A stretch of DNA of 64,000 nucleotides. Origin: a virus. This document shows positions 1 through 9,000 of this stretch, piece by piece. A program made the translations under genes and the position numbers. The stretch covers positions 8,898-72,897 of the IMG/VR virus record IMGVR_UViG_3300032053_000048; one strand, given 5' to 3'. How positions within the stretch are numbered: the stretch's first letter is position 1; every line of letters begins with the position of its first letter. The notes below the pieces were generated by a model. The model ran no database searches. It saw only the letters and a list, made by a program, of their open reading frames with translations, and was not told the origin of the DNA.

Positions 1-84
1 CTTGGAATCAGGGTTAAGGATGGCAAACTGGTTATTGATATCTACAAGGATGGAACTGTTGAGGTTGGCGATCTCCGTAAAGCA

Positions 85-3000
85 ATGGAGATCATTGATA
101 AAGGATTCCCAAAACGTATCACTGAACGCAGGTTGCTTGAAGGCCCAAGTAAACCAAAAGGAAGACAGATCAGGGCAATAGCAGAGTCTCTTGGAAGTCT
201 TGAGGAAGCTCAGCGAAGGGTTAAGGCTGCTGAACAGAACATAAAAGAGGCTAATACTCCCGGACTAAAGAAGATTATGCAGGAATATCTGGATGAGGCC
301 AAAACTGTTCTGGCTGAGGCAAAAGATATCGACTATGAAGGTATAGCTCTCAAAACAAAGATCAGTGGCGATGAGGAGTTTCTTGATCTTTTTGAGCGGA
401 TATCAGATCGGATATATTTCTACGACCTAAACAAGGCAGCTCTTTACGAGATAATTGAAAAGAACAGACCAGCTGAGTTGACTGTAGAAAGCGTACTTCC
501 GCTTATTGTTCAAAACAGACTTGATGAGAAAAGTCAAACCCTGGACGAAAGAATTAAGGAAGTTAGTGACGAGATTCAGAATAAGGAATCGGAACTCACC
601 GAGAAATTTGGACATAAGGATGGTAAAGGCCTGCGCAAACCAAAGAACAACCGGGAGGAATATGATCTTCGTTATCTCAATAGTGCAATCAACCGATTAA
701 TAGCAGAATTAGAGGACTTAGAAACCGTAAAACCCAAGTTAAATGTCAAAGGAAAAACTGAAGAACCAATTCGACCGGCTGGTCCTGAAAGAGGCAAGGG
801 AACAGAAGATATCATACCCGGAGGCACAGAAACGGCTCCTGAACCGACTCCGCCAAAAGGTCCTGCGCCAGAATTCGCAGGAGAAACTGTAAAATATATT
901 CCGCATGACGAGTGGGACAAGAATCTCATTAAAGCCAGAATGTATGCTGCCAAAGGTGGGTTGTTCGACCCCGATGAGCTTGCTATACTTGGTAAAGAGC
1001 ACTGGACCGATCTTGATTACCTGGTAAAGGCTATCAAAGCAAAGCTCGGGGAACCGGCATTTGTCGGCCCTCCGCAATGGGATGAATTAACAAAACATCT
1101 GAAAGCTATACCTGGGATGAATACCGAGGCAGCCAAGGCCTATGATATCTATTTCAAGAATGGCACCATAACTGACCCTCAGAATTTCCGAATACACCTT
1201 ATGAGCAGGGTGAATCCTATTATTACTGACTATTGGGTTAATCATTTCCAGCAGCTACGCAAGGATTACGGACCTATCGAGATAACCGCAGATGTTATTG
1301 AGAAAGTCACCGATATGCTGCAGAAACAGTTCCTGCCTCAGTACAAGACGATGGGAGAGCTGATTCAACAAATTAACCAGGAGAATATTTCACAGTTAAT
1401 GAGTGGTGGTCGTGCCGGAGTGTTGAAACCGGAATCTGAGGTTAAGCTTGAAGCATGGAGCCGGTATATAAACCAGTTCGCAAAACCGACTGAGTTTGCT
1501 GGAGAGAAGATCGAGACCGTTCAACCCCAGGTAAGTGTTAAGGAACTTTCTTTGACACACAGGATTCCTATTGGAGCCGAAGGATATGATTATCCGAACA
1601 AAGCATTGGAACCAGTTATCAAACGTGATGTGACTGCGTATGCCAAGGAAGTAGGCCGGGTACTTGGTTGGGAACATGAGACTGATAAGAAAGGGAAGAT
1701 CGTTTATTCTCATGTAAATCTTCCACCTGCAGGTGGCGAGGCTACGTTCAAGTTATTCAAGCCAGGAAGCGATATAGGAATTTATGTCAAGATTCCTTAT
1801 GAACCAACCGAGATACTTCCATCAGGAGAATATGGAAGTATTTATTCAATCCAAGGCACCTTAGAAAAGCAGGGTTTTGGGCCCATCTTGTACCGACTCA
1901 CCAGCAGGTCAACCGGGAAAGATAATGCTAATCACTGGATTGGGGTTGTCGATGCCGGGGAGATGGCCAACCAGATCAGGAAACTTGCTGAGTCATTTGA
2001 GAAAGCCACTCCCGAGGTGATCGCTGAAAAACCAATGACAGCTGAGCAGAAGATCATAGAGCAGAATAAAAAAACCCTGCCTAATATGAGCATCGGGCGG
2101 AGGGGAGCAATAGCCTATAAGTCTATCCTTAAAGCAATACCTATCCTTCCGCAGCTCAAACCTGGCGACTATTACAGGTCTGGTGAGAGAGGAGATGCTA
2201 TAATGCCGTTCTCGATAGAGGCAGTGCCAATAGAGGCCGGTCAGAGGATATTCCCGGACCCGGACGCATATATTCTGACTCTTGCCCATACTTACGAGCA
2301 GATGGGTGATCTGATGTGGGACCCAAGGATAGATGTTGCTGTTTATCCTGCTTATGGAATTGTGATACCGGTATATTATACCATGAGTGGCCTTGGAATT
2401 GCAAGGGAGTATGTTGTTGATGGTAAGATCGATGAAAAAGGCATGAACGATACTTTTGCTTTCATCCCTCAATGGATGAATAACATCGTGGCCCAGGGAA
2501 GATCAATAACCGGCGAAAATAAGGAGAAGATTCTGCCTGATCTCGAATATGAACAGAGACCGATAACAGACCGGGAAATCATAAAGGTTCCAAGTGCAGA
2601 AGATTGGACATATACCGGTGGAAAGGTAATCTCAATAAAGGATACCCCTATCGGCACTGAATATAAAGTCCGATATGATATACCAGGGAAAGGATCATAC
2701 ACAGCTGCGTTTTATTCAGATAATAAAAACCTGCAGATTCCTGAGGCATTCGAGACAGACGCAGAACTGGAGGCCTTTAGAAGCTCCCTGGTATCTGATA
2801 CAAAAGAGCCCAAGAGCCCACAGGACAGGCTTGTCGATATGGTCAAAACCGAACTCGAAGCAGGCCAGAAGATCACTAACACACCTCAGCTGGTTAAGAT
2901 AGCAGAGGCAGCCGGAATGAAGATAGGCGAACATTATACTGATATCAAAGAACTTTACGATATCGCATCTCTGGCACTTAACAGGTATATCAACGAGGTT

Positions 3001-6000
3001 GGTGAAAGGTTCAATCCTTTCAGGATGGACCAGGCTCAGGCTAAGAATATTGTCGAGGAACTGATCAACCTGCAGGACCTGCTCCCTACCGAAACTCAAA
3101 GATCGAGAACACAGGTAGAGCTGCAGCAATACAGTACGCCTCCGGCACTGGCTTTCCTCTCGAACTGGATTGCCGAGGTAGGCCCGGGAGATACTATGCT
3201 CGAACCATCAGCAGGTGAGGGTAACATAGCAATATTCGCAAAGAATACCGGTGCCAGGGTGGTAGTCAATGAATACGACCAGAACCGTATTAATCTCCTG
3301 AAGATGCTCGGCTTTGATAAGATCACCAAGGAAGATGCCAAGTATGTATTTGCCGTCAATTCGCTGAAATCGGACAAGATCACTGTTGTTGTGATGAACC
3401 CGCCTTTCTCGAAAGATGTTGCTCTTGGTGGGAAAATGGACCTTCATGGAGCCGAGAAACATATCTCAGGTGCGCTCAAGAAGCTGGAACCTGAGGGTAG
3501 GCTGGTAGCCATTGTTGGCAAGGGTATGGGGTTTGATAGCCCTACTCACCGGGAATGGTGGGATAAGATCAAGAAAGGTTATAATGTAAAGGCCAATATC
3601 CTCATCTCCGGTGATGCCTACGCTAAGAAAGGAACCTCCTTTGATAACCGGCTGGTTGTAATAGACAAAACCGGTGAAACCCCTCAAAATGCGGTAATTT
3701 TGACAGGATATGCCGAAAACTACTCAGATTTAACAGATTTATTAGCTCAGATTCCAAATAAAGTTCGTAATTTTGAAAGAGATGAAAACGTTACTGGATA
3801 TAGCAAGGGAAAAACTGCACCAGTTTCACGCCCCGGCGAACCCACTGGTCCCGGTCCTGCCACAACTGATGTTGGTGGTATTCAACGAGGAGACACCGGA
3901 CAACCTGGACCTATCGATATACGACCGGCAGGAGATGGAAAACCAGATACAGGACCTTCTGACATCAACAGACAAGGCGGTACTCAACTGGCTAAACCTG
4001 GTGGACCAGGACAGGTCGGAGGAGGTATCTCAAAAACTGGAACAGGCGGGGACAGTCGAAAGGGTAAGGCAGGTCCTGGTAGAGGAGGTATTGTTCGAGG
4101 CAATGCAGGACCGACTGGAGGACTTCCCGAACAATACAAGAATAAGCCCGGCGGAGAAATACCGGGGAGAGGCATTTCTGTAGTTCGCTTACCTAAAAGC
4201 GAGGCCCATAACCTCACCAATAGAGGTTATGATAAATACACACCAGAAATTACCATTGAAGGAGCTAAAGATCACCCGACACCACTTGTCGAGTCTTCTG
4301 CTATGGCATCTGTACCACTTCCAGAGACAGACTACTCACCAGCACTTGCAAAATCAACAGTAGATTCAGGAGCATTAAGCAGCGCTCAACTTGAGGATAT
4401 CATACTTGCCGGTAATGCAAATGAACAGATATTACCATCGGGAGAGCGTAGGGGATTCTTCCTGGGTGCCGGAACGGGATACGGTAAAGGACGTACAATA
4501 GCCGGAATTCTTCTCGATAACTGGAACAAGGGTCAGACTAAAGGAGTATGGATTTCTATAAATGATAAAGCTCACAGAGATAGCCCTGACTACTGGACAG
4601 CAGTTGGAGGCGATGAAAAGGTATTGATCAAGACTACTCCCAATGCTAAAGGACCTATAAAGATCGAGAAAGGGATATTATTAACAACCTACGGGACCGT
4701 AAGATCAAAATTTAATCCTAAACTCCGAAGGACCGAGGATGATCTGAAAAACTATTTCTCAGAACCATTTACAAGCAGGGTTCAGCAACTTGCTCAGTGG
4801 CTTGGCAGGGATTTCAGTGGTGTGATAGTTTTTGATGAAAGTCACAATATGGCAAATGCCATATCAACAAGGGGAACGAGGGGTCGTAAGAAACCATCAA
4901 ATACTGCTCTTGCTGGTATGGAATTACAACGTATGCTACCCAATGCAAAGATCATCTATTCATCAGCAACAGGAGCAACGGAGGTTTCAAATCTTGTGTA
5001 CGCTCAAAGATTAGGACTTTGGGGTGACGGTACTGCCTTTGAGAAAGCAGATGATTTCATAAATGCCGTTGATACAGCCGGGGTATCCGGTATGGAGATA
5101 ATATCAAAGGACCTCAAATCAATGGGACTCTATACTGCTAAGACTCTTTCTTTTGATGGGGTTGAATATGACACCCTCAGGCATAATCTGGTCCCTGCAC
5201 AGGTGAACCTTTATAACCAGGTAGCCGATGCCTGGCAGATAGTATTAAAAAATATTAATGCTGCCATAGAGGTTAATGAAACAAGCAAGGAAGCCAAGGC
5301 TGCAGCAATGTCAGCTTTTTGGGGTGCTCATCAGAGGTTCTTTGGCCAGATCATCAATGCGATGCAGATGCCGACTCTCATCAAGGATATTCAGAAGAAT
5401 CTTGATGAAGGTAATGCGGTTGTAGTTCAGCTTGTGAATACAAATGAGATGCAACTCGAAAGAGCCCTCGCAGAAGCAAGAGAGGAATCAGAAGGAGAAC
5501 TCGATCTTGAGGACCTGGACCTTTCGCCCAAAAGTATAATTCTGGATTTTCTTTATAATAGTTTTCCGGTCCAGCAATTTCAGGAAGCAACCGATCAGGA
5601 TGGGAATATAGTCAAAGTTCCGGTTATAGATTCCGAAGGTAAACCAGTTCTGAATCCTGAATCAGTTGCGAAACGAGACAAATTACTTGAGGAACTTGAT
5701 AAGTCAATAGTTCTTCCAGAGGCACCTATCGATATGTTATTGAATACATTTGGTATTGATAATGTTGCGGAGGCTACAGGAAGGGGAAAGAGAGTTGTTC
5801 TTAAACCAGGCAAGGATGGTAAATTAACCAAACAGGAAGAAACCAGGACTGACTCTAATGTCAAACAGGACGTAAATAACTTCATGGATGGTGAGAAGAA
5901 TATGTTAATATTCTCTAAAGCCGGAGGAACAGGAGCATCTTATCACTCTGATCTTTCAAGAAAGAATCAGAAAAGACGTGTTCATTATGTTTTGCAGGCC

Positions 6001-9000
6001 GGATGGCAGGCTGATGCAGCAATCCAGGGATTTGGCCGTAGTCACCGAAGTAACCAACGAGTACCACCGCTATTTAAACTGGTGACTACCGATCTTAGGG
6101 CACAAAGAAGATTTCTTTCGTCAATAGCTCGCAGACTGGAACAACTTGGGGCCCTTACTAAAGGCCAGAGAGATACCGGAGGTGCAGGAGTTCTTGACGG
6201 TTCCTATAATCTCGAAGGCCGTTATGCAAAACAGGCTCTTTTTGAATTCTATCAGGACGTTGAAAATGGCAGGGTCCCTGGAGTTGATATGGCTACCTTG
6301 GAAGATCAGATGGCACTTAAAATTTATCGGGAGGACCAAAGCGGAACAAGGGTTTATAACGAGAACGTTATCTTCAATACCAAACAGTTCTTGAATCGCC
6401 TGATGTCCCTCAGGGTTGATCTCATGGATAAGGTTTTCGATGGGTTTATCAATAAACTTGATGAGGAGGTCAATGCTGCTATTCTGTCGGGGTCGTATGA
6501 TGCAGGTATTGAAAATGTCAAGGCCGAAAAGATCAGAGTAGTTGACGAGCAACTAATATATACCGACCCGAGAACCAAAGGTAAAACCTATATAACAACC
6601 TTTGAACTTACGCTAAAGAACGACAAACGGGACTGGAAACGGATAATGGCTGAAACAGCAGCCTACGATCAGTTAGGCAGGTTTATGGGTTATTATCAGG
6701 AAAAAAACTCAGGTAAGATTTATGCTATGGTTCAGCAGAGGATAATGGATGCTGATGGCTCGACAGAGACAAAGATAAAAAGAATGAGTGTTATTGCTGA
6801 TCATCATATCGACTACAGAGAGCTCAGGGAGAAGTACAATGAACTGAAAAAAGATGTGGCTAAGGAAATATGGGATAAGGATTTTGCCGAATATCCTGAT
6901 TTTCGTAACCGTACCGAAACTATTGTCAAGGGTCTCATCTTGCCGATCTGGAATCGACTACCAAACAATATCAGTGTCAAGAGATATATCGATGAAAAGG
7001 GACAGGCTCATCTTGGCAGGTATTTTCCACCCAAGGATATACAGAGGATAGTCAAGGACTTTGAGGTAGCAAGTACTCAGAAATACTCACCGGAACAGAT
7101 CAAGAAGATCGTGAAAGATGGTGGCATGGTCCGTATGGCTAACGGTTTTGAATTTACCAAGGGCAAATACCAGGGAATACCGGTGATAAAGATTGAGAAT
7201 ACAAGGTCATACAGAGATGGCGAAAGGCTTGAACGGTCTGGTGCAACTTTCGTTGTATCCAGTTCTATGACGATGGCTGGTGATTATTATATCTCAATGG
7301 ACAAGGCCTCTGATGTGATCAGTGAGATAGAGAGGCTATTCGGAACTACAGTTGTTCATGCCGAGGACTCGGACGGTAACTTTATAATGGCTAAACCCGA
7401 GGGACCGGCTTTCATGCGCAGGCCCAAGGACCTGAGGGGAGAACCTTCAATATGGGAAGACCCGAGATTTAAACGTTATGAACTGGCCCCGGGAGAATTC
7501 GCCGAAGGTCAGATGAAGGCACTTTTCGAGAGCGAGGTAATACGCAGGGCCAGGATAATGATGGCTCACTCCAATGTCAATATCAATGTTGTTAAGACAA
7601 AAGCCGATCTACCTCAGGAATTACAGGATTATGCGATAAGACAATTTGGAGATCTCTCCAGTAGCGAGATTCCTTCCGTATATGACCGTAAGAACAAGGT
7701 TATCTACATCGTAGTCGAGGATACAAAAAGCATTTCCGATCTGACAAGTAATATGGCGCATGAGGTTGTTGCTCATTATGGACTTGAAAGATTACTTGGT
7801 AAAGACGCTTATCTCGATGTTCTGAAACTGACCTACCGGGGAATGTCACCGGTCGATGCTGTGGAGCTGGCAGCAAGGTACAAGGTTGACCCTGAGGACT
7901 GGAAGACGATAGCCGAGGAATACATAGGCGATACCGCAGGAGCCGGGAAGATGAACCCTTCATTATGGCAGAGAATAATAACCAAAATCAGGGAATGGAT
8001 TCGTAAGTTGTTTAATATTCCAATGTCAAAGGCCGAGATCATTGTACTACTTAACAAGTCCCGGGAAGCCCTAAGACGCAACAAGTATGTTCCCGAACCA
8101 ACAGAGGAGCAACTTGCAGGTGATTATATGAAGACTCTCACAGGGTTTGCAGCAAGAAAAGAACCTCAGCCTACCAAACACGCATACGGTATTAAGGTTA
8201 GCGGTTCTCAGACTCTTGAGACGGATATTGCAAAAGGTAACCAGGACTATCAGACCTATTTCGCAGCTGCTACGCCGGTAATAGGCAGTAAAGCTGTTCG
8301 CTGGATTGAGAGAGCAATGGTTAGGGCTGGATTCGATCAGGAGAATATTGTAAATTATCTTAATTCAAAGATACTCCGTTATAAAGGCGATGACAAACTG
8401 CAGAAACCCTTTATTGATGCTCTTGAATACGTTGAGGCTAATCCACCAATGAAACCAGAACCACTCTACCAGGTTATGATCGGAAAGGGCAAAACTCCTA
8501 ATGATCTTAACCTTATCGACAAGGACCATTCGGTTACAGAAGATAATATGGAGAGTATAATGAACCAGCTGGACGTGGAAGGTAAATTCGACCCCACGTT
8601 TAACTATCGCAATATCCAAAGTGGAGCTGATCTATACCGCAAGATGGTTGGTATCTATGGAAGCGACCGGGAGGCATCGCTGGCTCTTTCCAGGGCAGGT
8701 ATTGACGGAATGAGGTTTATTGAACAGGAAATGGGGAACGCTCAGCCATTTAAGGTCGATTCATATATCATTTTTGATAATACACCCATTGATGTACTTA
8801 ACCAGATCGCTTTCAAGCGCAGGAATAAACCTGTATTTGCCGGGGAACATATAGCCAGGGCAGGCCAGAGATATACCCTGAAACAGACCAAGCGGAACTG
8901 GAATAAGATTCTTACCGGGATGCGGGAGTTCATTCAGGATATGGACTTACCGATTCGTAAGTTTGAGGAGGAGGTACTTAAACGTGGAGGTTTCCAGACT

